A stretch of DNA of 64,000 nt from Solirubrobacterales bacterium (GCA_035472395.1 DATIPC010000098.1:11631-75630), one strand, 5' to 3'. Positions 1 to 12,465 are shown, counted from the stretch's first letter. Numbers and translations: made by a program. The notes: a model not told the origin generated them from the letters alone.

Positions 1-934
1 TTCGGGTCGGAAGGCCGGATGCGGCATATCCAGCCAGGTCGGCCGGAGCTTCTTCGAGCTTGTGGCGCCAGGCCGCTGCCTCCGCCAGCTGCGCCGTCAC
101 AACCGGGTTGCCCGCCGGCACCGTGACCGCGACGGCGCCGAGCATCATCTGCATCACGGTCAGGGTGTGATGGCTGACACCGCGGTGGCGCTCGCGGGGA
201 TCGGCGCCGGAGAGGCGGGGCGAGAGCAGGGTCGGCAGACCGAGGGCCAGCGCCGCGTGGGCGTTGTCGAGCGCTGCCATCCCGCCGTGGCCGAGCCGCG
301 TCTCGGAGCCGATGATCCCCGGTCCAGGGCCCACGATCGCCGCCTCCCAGCCCAACTTCTGGGCCGCTGCGTCAAGCGCCCCGGCCGTCGAGAGCGCCTC
401 GTGCTCGCCGCCGTAAGCGGGAGCGGCGGTCACGTGAGAGCAGATCAGGCCCCGCTCGCGCAGCTCAGCGACGTCCCGGCTCATCGATCCGGGCAAAGCG
501 CCACCAGCGGTCTGCACGTAGCCGACCTTCAACCCCGGCGCGGTCTGCGCGACCGCCCACGCAGCCGGGGCGAGGTGTCCGTGCAGGGGCAGGACCAGCA
601 CCGGCATCGCCCTCCCCCGTCCCGGCTCGCGGGCTGTGCGCTCGACCGGCACGATCGCGTGCTGCAGGGAGCTGTAGTTGAGCTTCATCACGTGCTCGCC
701 CTCGCCAGCCCCGCCCCGCAGTCCGCGGGTCAGGTTGACGTGGACGACATCGAAGCCACCCGAGCCGAGCTCCAAATCGAGCGCCGCAACGTTGACGACG
801 ACCTCGTCGCCCTCGCGCATCGCACCGAGCAGCGCCGTGTCAGCCCACGCCGGCCTCCGCGCGCCACCGACCTCCACCGTGAGCGGATCCTCGTCGACGA
901 CGACGCCGGACCGCAGCTCCAACCGACCGCTCAC
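1..934 (-). CDS. DUF3866-like protein (C-terminal part lies beyond the window start)
   Basis: Minus-strand frame is open from GTG at 934 to the window edge. GTGA overlap with the stop of the upstream M20 gene. Translation VSGRLELRSGVVVDEDPLTVEVGG...GDEVVVNVAALDLELGSGGFDVVHVNL fits my recollection of actinobacterial DUF3866 proteins. The listed + ORF 62..1033 is Arg/Pro-rich antisense noise. Confidence 0.55.
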   Translation of the reverse strand, partial: MSGRLELRSGVVVDEDPLTVEVGGARRPAWADTALLGAMREGDEVVVNVAALDLELGSGGFDVVHVNLTRGLRGGAGEGEHVMKLNYSSLQHAIVPVERTAREPGRGRAMPVLVLPLHGHLAPAAWAVAQTAPGLKVGYVQTAGGALPGSMSRDVAELRERGLICSHVTAAPAYGGEHEALSTAGALDAAAQKLGWEAAIVGPGPGIIGSETRLGHGGMAALDNAHAALALGLPTLLSPRLSGADPRERHRGVSHHTLTVMQMMLGAVAVTVPAGNPVVTAQLAEAAAWRHKLEEAPADLAGYAASGLPTR

Positions 935-2046
935 CCTGCGGACGTCTCGGCCCCGGCCTCGGCGACGATGCCCTCGCAGACCACCAGCATCGCGTCGAGG
1001 TTGCGGGCAGAGACGCTCTCCTGCGGCGTGTGATTGGCCTCGGTGCCGTTGGCGAGCAGAACGCAGTCGAAGCCAGCGGAGATCAGCGCGTTGGCGTCGC
1101 TGCCGCCACCGGTCGAGGTTCGATGCGGCTCGAACCCGGCGCGGCGCAGGCCCGCCTCGGCCAGCGCCAGCGAGGGAGATGCAGTCGGCACCTCGTAACC
1201 ACGGAAGAGCTCCTCGACCCGCACGTCCACGTCGCAACCGTGCTCGCTTGCACCCCAGGCGCAGGCCTCGGTCAGCTCGCCTGCCACCGCAGCTGCCCGG
1301 TCGGCGCCGAGACTGCGCGCCTCGGCCGTGATCCGGCAGTGACCGGGGACGACGTTGCCCGAGGTGCCACCGGCGATCACGCCGACGTTCGCGGTCGTCT
1401 CCTCGTCGAGCCGCCCCAGCTCCATCCGCGAAATCGCCGCGGCGGCGGCGGCGATCGCGTTGCTGCCGTCCTCGGGGCGGATCCCGGCGTGCGCCTCAAC
1501 TCCGGAGAAGTCGGCGATCACACGCTGCTGGGTCGGTGAGGCGACGATCACCTCGCCGACCGCGCTGGCATGGTCGAGGACGAAGCCGCAATCGGCGCGC
1601 AACGCGCTCGGGTCGAACGCCTTCGCCCCACGCAGCCCCTGCTCCTCGGCGACGGTCAGCAGCAGCTCGATCCCGACTGGCGGCAGGGCCGAGGCATGGC
1701 GCGCAACCAGCTCCATGAAGACCGCCACCGCAGCCTTGTTGTCGGCGCCGAGGATCGTCTCACCGTGACTGCGGAAGACGCCTTCGTCGTCAACCACCTC
1801 GATCTGGCCGGGGTGCGGCACGGTGTCGATGTGGGCGCAGAACATCGCCCAGCGGTCGCTGCGGCCCGGCAGACGCGCGAGGATGTTCCCGGCCCCGGCT
1901 TCGGCCGGCCCAGCCGCGCCGTCCTCGCTCACCTCCAGTCCGAGCGCCTTCAGCTCGGCGAGAATCGTGTCGGCGACCTCACGCTCCTCCCCGGTCGGGC
2001 TGCGGATCTCGCAGAGCCTGACGAACGTCTCATGCAACCTGTCCAC
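931..2046 (-). CDS. M20 family metallopeptidase (ArgE/DapE/PepT-like)
   Basis: 371 aa. Starts MDRLHETFVRLCEIRSPTGEEREVA, has AHIDTVP and later metal-ligand segments typical of M20/M25/M40 peptidases. Confidence 0.8.
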   Translation of the reverse strand: MDRLHETFVRLCEIRSPTGEEREVADTILAELKALGLEVSEDGAAGPAEAGAGNILARLPGRSDRWAMFCAHIDTVPHPGQIEVVDDEGVFRSHGETILGADNKAAVAVFMELVARHASALPPVGIELLLTVAEEQGLRGAKAFDPSALRADCGFVLDHASAVGEVIVASPTQQRVIADFSGVEAHAGIRPEDGSNAIAAAAAAISRMELGRLDEETTANVGVIAGGTSGNVVPGHCRITAEARSLGADRAAAVAGELTEACAWGASEHGCDVDVRVEELFRGYEVPTASPSLALAEAGLRRAGFEPHRTSTGGGSDANALISAGFDCVLLANGTEANHTPQESVSARNLDAMLVVCEGIVAEAGAETSAG

Positions 2047-2056
2047 GCCGGACAGG

Positions 2057-5417
<3,361 letters not shown>

Positions 5418-5453
5418 CGGCCGGGGAAGGCTAGACGGTCGCCCCGCCGCGCA

Positions 5454-6641
5454 CTACAACCCGAGCCAGATCTTGATCTTCAGCCAGAGCAGTTCGACGA
5501 GGTCGTTGAGCGCCGGCGAGGTGATCACGACGATCGTCAGCAGGATCGCGAAGGCGGCGAGGAAGAGGGCGACGGGGGCAAAGGTCGACGGGGGGTTGTA
5601 GAGGCGGCTGACCCCCTTTGCATCGACCAGCTTCTCGCCGATCCGCAGGCGGGTGAGGAAGGTGGAGGACATGCCACCGCGCTTGCGGTCGAGGAACTCG
5701 ATCAGGTTGAAATGGGCGCCGACGCTGACGATCAGGTCGGCCCCCTTCTCATAGGACATCAGCATCGCCACGTCCTCGCTGGTCCCCGCGGCCGGCACCA
5801 GGGTGTGCTCCAGTCCCAGCTCGAGCAAGCGCTCGCGACCGGGCGCGCGCCCATCCGGGTAGGCGTGGACGATCAGCTCCGCTCCGCAGCGCAACGCCTC
5901 GTCCCCGGCGGAGTCCATGTCGCCGAGGATGATGTCGGGCTTGAGGCCGGCCTCGAGGCAACCGTTGGCGCCGCCGTCGACAGCGACGACGATCGGCCGG
6001 ACGTCGCGGATGTAGGCCCGCAGCGCCTTCAGGTCGCGGCGATGGCGGTCGCCACGGACGACGATCAGCACATGGCGGTCGCGGAACGAGGTCCGGGTTG
6101 GAGGGAACTCGACCGCGTCGGTCAGCAGGTCGGCCTCCTGACGCACGTGGGCAACCGTGTTCTCGGCGAATTCGGCAAGCGCCTCGTCGACCCGCTCGCG
6201 CTGCTCGGCGAGGCGGCCTTCGAGCTCACCGGCACCAAGGACCCTGCCCCGCAGGATCTCCCGCCCACCGACGCTCACGGCGCCGGCCACGATCGTCACC
6301 TCGCCACCGTCGTCGAGCTGCTCGAAGGGATCCGCGGCGGCGATGTCGATCAGCGTCACGCCACTGCGCACGAGAAGCAGCGGGCCCGCGTTCGGGTAGC
6401 GACCGTCACTCGACTCGGAGGCGTTGAGCACGGCGCGGGCACCGGCGGCAATCAGCTCCTCGGCGGCGATCCGGTCGATGTTGACGTGATCGATCACCGC
6501 GACGTCGCCGGGGCGCAACCGCTTGACCAGATCCTTAGTGCGACGACCGAGCCGAGCAGTGCCGTGAATCGCCTCCTCTGCGTCGGCCCCATTGCGACGC
6601 GACAACAGCGCAGGCAAGCGACGACGACTGGCGGTAGCCAC
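5454..6641 (-). CDS. steA: putative cytokinetic ring protein SteA
   Basis: 395 aa. GTARLGRRTKDLVKRLRPGDVAVIDHVNIDR plus a C-terminal TM helix. Sits between recN and the mctB-like gene. GTG start. Confidence 0.8.
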   Translation of the reverse strand: MATASRRRLPALLSRRNGADAEEAIHGTARLGRRTKDLVKRLRPGDVAVIDHVNIDRIAAEELIAAGARAVLNASESSDGRYPNAGPLLLVRSGVTLIDIAAADPFEQLDDGGEVTIVAGAVSVGGREILRGRVLGAGELEGRLAEQRERVDEALAEFAENTVAHVRQEADLLTDAVEFPPTRTSFRDRHVLIVVRGDRHRRDLKALRAYIRDVRPIVVAVDGGANGCLEAGLKPDIILGDMDSAGDEALRCGAELIVHAYPDGRAPGRERLLELGLEHTLVPAAGTSEDVAMLMSYEKGADLIVSVGAHFNLIEFLDRKRGGMSSTFLTRLRIGEKLVDAKGVSRLYNPPSTFAPVALFLAAFAILLTIVVITSPALNDLVELLWLKIKIWLGL

Positions 6642-6666
6642 GAGGTCAGATTAACCCCTCAACATG

Positions 6667-6717
6667 GACGTGCCGCTAGTTGAGTACCCATATTGGGCCG
6701 CTAAACAGCGGCACGTC
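6667..6717 (-). other. intergenic hairpin, 11-bp perfect arms (GACGTGCCGCT / AGCGGCACGTC)
   Basis: Read directly. Arms at 6667-6677 and 6707-6717. The loop holds a second GCCGCT (6699-6704) that could pair with the same 3' arm instead. Confidence 0.6.
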
Positions 6718-6736
6718 TGCGGGGCGGTGAGGGCTC

Positions 6737-8419
6737 CTATGCGGCGGCGAGCAGCTCACGGGCGTGACGGTCGGCCGCCTCGTCGGAGCTCTCGCCGCCC
6801 AACATGCGGCGGATCTCCTCGACGACTCCCTCGCCGTCGAGCCGCTCCACGGTGGCGACTGCCCGATCGCCTCCCACGTCCTTCTCGAGGCGGAAGTGAG
6901 TCGGCGCCAGCGAGGCAACCTGCGGCAAGTGGGTGATGCAGAGGACCTGTCGGCCCTCGCCGAGCGCGCGCAGGCGCTCGCCGACGACGCGGGCGGTCTT
7001 GCCGCCCACGCCGGCGTCGATCTCATCGAAGACCAGGGTGCCGGCACCCGCGCCGGCGCCGAGGCCCGACAGCGCCAGCATCACCCGCGACAGCTCGCCC
7101 CCGGAAGCGGCATCGCGCAGTGGCGCTGGGGCCATCCCGGGGTTCGGGGAGATGCGCAGCTCGACGGCCTCGCGCCCGTTCGACCCGAAGCCATCGGGGT
7201 ACGGCTCCAGCTCGACCTCGAGGCTGGCGCCCGGCATCGCGAGACGCTCCAGCTCCTCGGCGACCCGCTCCCGCAGCGGCACGACGGCGGCGCCCCGGCC
7301 CTTGCTCAACCGCTTGCCGAGCTTCTCGCGCTCCGACTCCGCCCCGGCGAGAGCTGCCTGCGCCTCGGCGCCGCGCGTCTCGGCCCCCTCCAGCCGCTCG
7401 ATCTCGGCCCGGCAATGCTCGGCGTGGGCGAGCACCGACTCGACGCTGCCGCCGTGCTTGCGCTGCAGCCGGTCAATCGCCTCCAGGCGCTCCTCCACCG
7501 CGGCGAGGCGACCGGGGTCGGAGTCGATCCCATCGGCGTAGCCGCGCAGCTCACCGGCCACATCGCCCAGATCGACCGCGAGGGCGGCGAGCCTCTCGGC
7601 CAGCGCGTCCAGCTCGGAGTCAACCCCCGCCATGCCGTGCAGCAGCGATTCGGCGCCAGCCAGGGCGCTCGCCGCGCCGCCACCGTCCTCGTCGGCCCCG
7701 GCCGCGCCCGCGAGGGCACCAAACGCGGCCTCACGCAATCCCTCTGCGTGGCGCAAGCGCTCGCGTTCGGCGGACAGCTCCGTTTCCTCGGCGGGGTCGG
7801 GAGCCACCTCCTCGATCTCCGAGAGCTCGTAGCGATAGAGATCGAGGTCGCGCTCGCGGGAGCCGTCGCGCTCGCGCAGCGCGGCCAGCTCCGCCTCCAG
7901 CCGCGCACACTCGCGGTACGCCTCGCGGTAGCTCTCCCGCAGCGCCAGGTGATCCCCACCGGCAAAACCGTCCAGCACCTCCATCTGCGCGGAGGAGATC
8001 GTCAGCTTGCGGTGCTCGTGCTGGCCATAGAAGGCGAGCAGCCTGCCTCCCAGCAGCTTCAGGTCGGCGGCGGAAGCGGCGCGGCCAGCGAGGAAGGCGG
8101 CGGTCCGCCCCGAGGCCGAGACACGTCGCCCCAGCGCGATCTCCCCCGCCTCCGCGGGGAACCGCTCTGCGACCTCCGCCATCTCGGGCTCGGCCAGCAG
8201 TCCCGGCGGCAGATCGAAGACCCCCTCGACCCAGGCCTCCTCCGCCCCAGGGCGGACGATCTGCGGCCGCGCCTTGCCACCCATCAAGAGGTCGAGCGAG
8301 TGGGCCAAAATGGTCTTGCCGGCCCCGGTCTCGCCGGTGATCGCGTTCAGCCCCTCCCCCAGCCGCAGCTCGGCCTTCTCGATCAGCAGCAGGTTCTCGA
8401 TCCGAAGCTCGCGGAGCAC
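6737..8419 (-). CDS. recN: DNA repair protein RecN
   Basis: 560 aa. MLRELRIENLLLIEKAELRLGEGLNAITGETGAGKT Walker A, long coiled-coil middle, C-terminal SGGE signature and FDEIDAGVGG. Confidence 0.95.
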   Translation of the reverse strand: MLRELRIENLLLIEKAELRLGEGLNAITGETGAGKTILAHSLDLLMGGKARPQIVRPGAEEAWVEGVFDLPPGLLAEPEMAEVAERFPAEAGEIALGRRVSASGRTAAFLAGRAASAADLKLLGGRLLAFYGQHEHRKLTISSAQMEVLDGFAGGDHLALRESYREAYRECARLEAELAALRERDGSRERDLDLYRYELSEIEEVAPDPAEETELSAERERLRHAEGLREAAFGALAGAAGADEDGGGAASALAGAESLLHGMAGVDSELDALAERLAALAVDLGDVAGELRGYADGIDSDPGRLAAVEERLEAIDRLQRKHGGSVESVLAHAEHCRAEIERLEGAETRGAEAQAALAGAESEREKLGKRLSKGRGAAVVPLRERVAEELERLAMPGASLEVELEPYPDGFGSNGREAVELRISPNPGMAPAPLRDAASGGELSRVMLALSGLGAGAGAGTLVFDEIDAGVGGKTARVVGERLRALGEGRQVLCITHLPQVASLAPTHFRLEKDVGGDRAVATVERLDGEGVVEEIRRMLGGESSDEAADRHARELLAAA

Positions 8420-8568
8420 GCCCCTTTAGTAGCAGCGGAGGCGGACCGACTGTGACCTTTCGCGGGCGGGTCCTGTCACGGCGGCCCTCCCCCATGTGCT
8501 CGGACGCCGCTCCGCGGCGCCCTCCGCTATGGGGGACCCCCGCCGCCGTGCCACCCGCCCGACAGGCG

Positions 8569-10098
8569 CTACACCGGGACGGGCTCCGCGGCTTCGGCGT
8601 CTGGCGAAGCTTGGGATTGGACGAAATCGCTGGAGCGGATCAGGGCGAAGCCGAGGGCGGCTCCGACGAAGGAGAGGATCGCGCCGATCAGCAGGATCTC
8701 GTTGAACCCGCTGACGAAGGCAACCTTGGCTGCGTGCACGACGTCTGCCCGCTGAGCGGGCGGGCCGACCGCGGCGGCGGCGCGCGAACCGCCTGAGGAG
8801 ACGGCTTCGGCAAGCCCGGCCGGGGCGTGCGGCAGCAGGCTGGAGAGCTTCGAGTCGACCTGGGACTGGAACACCGCGCCCAGCGAGGCGACGCCGGTAG
8901 CGATCCCGACCTGGCGGAAGGTCGTGTTGATCCCGGATCCCATCCCCGCTTTGGCGGCCGGAACGACGGCGATAGCGGCCTGACCGATGTTGGGGTTGAC
9001 GGTGCCGATCCCAATCCCGGCGACCAGGAAACCGGGGAGCAGAGCCGAGACATCCGAATCCGGCTCGAGCCCGTGCATCAGCATCAGCCCGACCCCGACC
9101 AGGCCGAGACCGATGCCGACCAGAACGCGGATCGGAATCCGGTTGGAGAGCTTGCCGGAGATCGGCGCAACGACGAAGGAGAGCACCGTGAGCGGCAGGA
9201 ACCGCAGGCCAGTCTCCAGCGGCGAGAAGTTCAGCACGCCCTGCATGTAGATGGTCAAGTAGAGAAACATCGCGAACATCCCGCCGGAGAGGCCGAAGGC
9301 GACCGCGGAGACGCCGTTGAAGGCGGGCTTGCTGAACAGGGTCAGGTCGAGCATCGGGTGGGCGCTGCGAGCCTCGATCGCGATGAAGGCGAGCAGCAAC
9401 GCCACCGCGCCGGCCAGAGAGGCCACGATCGTCGCGCTCCCCCAACCCTCTGGGTTACCGCGGATCAGACCGAAGATGAGCAGGAAGAGGCCGCCGGAGA
9501 AGGTGGCGAGACCCGGCAGATCGATCGGCGCCGGATCCTGGGCGGCGACGTTCGCGAGCCTCATCTCGGTCAGCGCGACCGCGGCAACGCCGATCGGGAT
9601 GTTGACGAAGAAGATCCACTCCCAACCGAGGTGCTCGGTGATCAAGCCGCCGACCAGCGGTCCGATCGCGACCGCGCCGCCGACCGTCGCGCCCCAGACG
9701 CCGAACGCGGTCGCCCGATCTTTTCCGTGGAACTCCTGGCCGATCAGGGCGAGCGAGGTGGCGAACATCGCGGCGCCGCCGATCCCCTGCAGGCCACGGG
9801 CCAGGTTGAGCAGGGTCGGATCGCCGGCGATCCCGCAGAGAAACGAGGCAAAGGTGAAGAGGCCGAGGCCGAGCGAGAAAACTCGGCGGCGACCCAACCG
9901 ATCGCCCAGCGACCCCGCGGTCAACAGGAAGGCGGCGAGCATCAGCGAGTAAGCGTCGACGACCCACTGCAGGCTGGAGAGACTGGCGTCGAGGTCGCGC
10001 TGGATGTCCGGCAAGGCGACGTTGACGACCGTGATGTCCAACAGCAACATGAACGTCGCGATCGAGCTGAGGACGAGGGTCCACCATTTCCGCTCCAT
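8569..10098 (-). CDS. MFS transporter, DHA2 (EmrB/QacA, 14-TMS) family
   Basis: 509 aa. LDITVVNVALPDIQRDL, GSLGDRLGRRRVF and about 14 hydrophobic segments. Confidence 0.85.
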   Translation of the reverse strand: MERKWWTLVLSSIATFMLLLDITVVNVALPDIQRDLDASLSSLQWVVDAYSLMLAAFLLTAGSLGDRLGRRRVFSLGLGLFTFASFLCGIAGDPTLLNLARGLQGIGGAAMFATSLALIGQEFHGKDRATAFGVWGATVGGAVAIGPLVGGLITEHLGWEWIFFVNIPIGVAAVALTEMRLANVAAQDPAPIDLPGLATFSGGLFLLIFGLIRGNPEGWGSATIVASLAGAVALLLAFIAIEARSAHPMLDLTLFSKPAFNGVSAVAFGLSGGMFAMFLYLTIYMQGVLNFSPLETGLRFLPLTVLSFVVAPISGKLSNRIPIRVLVGIGLGLVGVGLMLMHGLEPDSDVSALLPGFLVAGIGIGTVNPNIGQAAIAVVPAAKAGMGSGINTTFRQVGIATGVASLGAVFQSQVDSKLSSLLPHAPAGLAEAVSSGGSRAAAAVGPPAQRADVVHAAKVAFVSGFNEILLIGAILSFVGAALGFALIRSSDFVQSQASPDAEAAEPVPV

Positions 10099-10131
10099 CG
10101 ATCAACACCCTAGACAACCGCTGGGGCCGCT

Positions 10132-10983
10132 CTAGACGGCGAGGTGGCCGAACTTCTCGCGTATGCGCTGGTAGAAGCTCGTCCCCGGCAACTGGGCGAG
10201 CCGCGCGACGCCGTCGGCGAAGCGGACCTCGAGCGCCGCCCCCGACCCGAGCGTGCCGGTGTGGGCGCCGTCGATCGCGACGTCAACCGGCTCGCGACCA
10301 TCGGCGTTGCCGACGTGGAGAACGTCGCTTGGCGCGACGACGAGAGCGCGTGCCGTTAGTGAGTGAGGAGCGACGTAGGAGACCACGTAACCCTTCACCC
10401 CCCAGGCGAGGATCGGCCCATGGTTGGCGAGGTTGTAGCCGGTCGAGCCGACCGGGGTGGCGGCGACGAGGCCGTCGCAGCGGACACGCCCGACCTCCTC
10501 GCCGGCGATCTTGTAGCTCAGCTCGGCAACCCGCTCGTGCGGGCGGCGGATGAAGCTGACGTCGTTGAGGGCAACCTGGGCCTCGCCCCCCACCTCGATC
10601 TCGAGGCCGGGCAGCTCGATGGCCTCCGTCTCGCCAGCGAAGGCGCGGCGCATCCCCTCCTCGGCCTGATCGCGCTCGACCGCGGCGAGAAAGCCGACCG
10701 TGCCGAAGTTGACCCCGAAGACCGGCACACCGCTGCGGGCGAAGTGGCGCAGCGCGTAGAGGATCGACCCGTCGCCGCCGAGGACGAGGCAGAGGTCGGC
10801 CTGGCGCGGCAGCGCATCGACGATCTCGACCCCGGCGGCGGCCTCGCCGTGCTTGGCCACCTCCTTCGCGGTGGCGAGCAGCCGCCAGCCGGCATCGCGG
10901 GCGGCGGAGGTCGCGACCGCCACCGCGTCGGTTGCGGCTGGCGGGTGCGAGTGGGTGATCAGGGCGGCGACGCGTTCGCTCAC
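10132..10983 (-). CDS. nadK: NAD kinase
   Basis: GGDGSILYALR motif and NFGTVGFL. Start trimmed to GTG 10983, which makes a GTGA overlap with the tlyA stop; the track start 11043 overlaps tlyA. Confidence 0.85.
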   Translation of the reverse strand: MSERVAALITHSHPPAATDAVAVATSAARDAGWRLLATAKEVAKHGEAAAGVEIVDALPRQADLCLVLGGDGSILYALRHFARSGVPVFGVNFGTVGFLAAVERDQAEEGMRRAFAGETEAIELPGLEIEVGGEAQVALNDVSFIRRPHERVAELSYKIAGEEVGRVRCDGLVAATPVGSTGYNLANHGPILAWGVKGYVVSYVAPHSLTARALVVAPSDVLHVGNADGREPVDVAIDGAHTGTLGSGAALEVRFADGVARLAQLPGTSFYQRIREKFGHLAV

Positions 10984-11762
10984 GGATCGACCTCGCGGGC
11001 GGCGGCCTCGAGGTCGGCGAGCGGCTCGCCCTCCCCCCCGCACCAGACGAAGGTCTCGCGGTTGCCCTTCGGCCCCGGCAGGCCGGAGGAAGCGAAGCCG
11101 CGAACCGACAGGCCGAGGTCGGCAGCGGCACGGGCGACGGCAATGATCGCCTCGTGCCGGTCGGCGGCATCGCGGACGACGCCCTTGCGGACCCGCTCGC
11201 GACCGAGCTCGAACTGGGGCTTGACCATCGCCAGAACCTCACCGCCAGGGCGCAGGCAGGAGGCGACGGTGGGAAGCACCTTGGTCAGTGAGATGAAGGA
11301 GACGTCGACGGCGGCAAGATCCGGGCGAAAGGGCAGGTCCGCCGGGACGAGGGCACGCGCGTTGAGGCGCTCCAGCACGGTCACGCGGGGATCCTCGCGC
11401 ATGCGCAGGTCGATCTGGCCGTAGGCGACGTCGAGCGCCGCCACCCGCGCCGCGCCGCGCTGCAGAAGGCAATCGGTGAAGCCCCCCGTCGAGGCGCCGG
11501 TATCGAGGCAGTCGCGCCCGCTGACGTCGATGCCGAGCGCGTCGAGGGCGTTGTCGAGCTTGATCCCTCCCCGAGAGACGAAGCGCGGGCCCTGCTCGAC
11601 CCGGAAGTCGGCCTCGGGGTCGACCAGCTGACTGGGACGCAGCGCCACCGGGCCATCTTCGCCAACCCGGACCTCGCCGGCGCGGACCGCGCCGGCAGCC
11701 GCAGAGCGCGACGGGAAGAGACCGCGCTCGGCCAGAACCGCGTCTATCCGCGCCTTCGCCAC
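10980..11762 (-). CDS. tlyA: TlyA family rRNA (cytidine-2'-O)-methyltransferase
   Basis: S4-like N-terminus VAKARIDAVLAERGL and SAM motif DTGASTGGFTDCLLQRGA. GTG 11762 is preferred over the upstream TTG 11792. Confidence 0.8.
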   Translation of the reverse strand: MAKARIDAVLAERGLFPSRSAAAGAVRAGEVRVGEDGPVALRPSQLVDPEADFRVEQGPRFVSRGGIKLDNALDALGIDVSGRDCLDTGASTGGFTDCLLQRGAARVAALDVAYGQIDLRMREDPRVTVLERLNARALVPADLPFRPDLAAVDVSFISLTKVLPTVASCLRPGGEVLAMVKPQFELGRERVRKGVVRDAADRHEAIIAVARAAADLGLSVRGFASSGLPGPKGNRETFVWCGGEGEPLADLEAAAREVDP

Positions 11763-11806
11763 GCAGGAACGGTACAGCCGCCCATCCGGCAATCGTGAAG
11801 TGGCCC

Positions 11807-11835
11807 TTGCCAGATGTTTAGCGAGACCTTAGAAT
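11807..11835 (+). promoter_or_regulatory. sigma-70-type promoter, TTGCCA-17 nt-TAGAAT
   Basis: Read directly: -35 at 11807-11812, 17-nt spacer, -10 at 11830-11835. Faces away from tlyA into a region free of long ORFs. Confidence 0.4.
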
Positions 11836-12059
11836 TGGGTAGAAGAATTGCCGCCGTGAGCCGATAGCGCGCAGAAACAGGCCTCTGTGACTCGGCTCAC
11901 ACACAAACCGCACGTATGTTCGTATCTTGATTCAAGGATTCGCGTGAGAAACCCGATGAAAGGCTGAACAAAAATCTTCCTGGCTGGGTCCCGCGCCGCC
12001 CATATACGCAGTTGACTCCCATCGACTCCGTCCGCGGCACATCAAGGGCTCACCTACCT

Positions 12060-12119
12060 CCCACGGATCCACATATATAGAGATACATATCTCTCCTCCC
12101 TGTAGTAACCCCAGAAACG
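12060..12119. repeat. repeat family A, copy 1 (conserved ~60-nt element)
   Basis: CCCACGGATCC..CATAT..AGAGATAC..CTCTCCTCCCTGTAGTAACCCCAGAAACG aligns with 15272-15333; the last 24 nt are almost identical. Confidence 0.7.
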
Positions 12120-12149
12120 CCCCTCCTCCCCGGAGGGGCGTTTTCTGTT
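12116..12149 (+). terminator. intrinsic terminator
   Basis: 11-bp perfect stem AACGCCCCTCC (12116-12126) / GGAGGGGCGTT (12132-12142), 5-nt loop, then TTTTCTGTT. Confidence 0.65.
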
Positions 12150-12330
12150 GGGTTGGGCTCTGGCAAGCGGAAAAAGTAGGCCTGTGCCCCGAGAGGGTGG
12201 GTCGGCTCGCTAGGCGCGTCGTACATGACCCGGAGGTTTTGCCAAAGCAGCATTGGGTAGCCAAACCCTCGGGTTGGACAAGCATCCCAACGCATCAGGC
12301 GTGGGAACCGAAGCAGTCGAGGAGAGACCT

Positions 12331-12465
12331 GTGATTGGAGCAGTTATAGGAGCGCTGATCGTCGTTGCCATCGTGCTCGTCCTGCTCAAGGTTGCCGTGG
12401 CGGGAGGCGTGCTTGGACTGATCGCGATCATCCTCCTCATCCTGCTCTTGCTGGGGAGAATCTGA
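12331..12465 (+). CDS. 44-aa hydrophobic mini-protein
   Basis: GTG 12331 is preceded by GAGGAG. VIGAVIGALIVVAIVLVLLKVAVAGGVLGLIAIILLILLLLGRI. Stop overlaps the next ATG (TGATG). The track start at 12253 is a TTG with no SD. Confidence 0.45.
   Translation: MIGAVIGALIVVAIVLVLLKVAVAGGVLGLIAIILLILLLLGRI

Larger units (their letters stand above)
11842..12149 (+). ncRNA. candidate ~300-nt non-coding transcript or long 5' leader (promoter to intrinsic terminator)
   Basis: Bounded by the promoter above and the terminator at 12116-12149. On the + strand I found only very short ORFs (longest about 25 codons, from GTG 11887, no SD). More AT-rich than the flanks. I could not match it to a known RNA family. 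Confidence 0.3.

Noticed and set aside
62-1033. 323-aa + strand ORF at the window start
   Set aside because: Arg/His/Pro-rich nonsense. The opposite strand encodes a coherent DUF3866-like protein with a coupled GTGA start.
8420-8568. Looked for an SOS (LexA) box or a mycobacterial RecA-NDp-type promoter upstream of recN
   Set aside because: No GAAC-N4-GTTC-like palindrome. Only GTGAC-N18-GTCAC and a loose GTCGGTC..TACTAA whose spacing does not fit the TGTCGGTG-N8-TAnnnT motif as I remember it.
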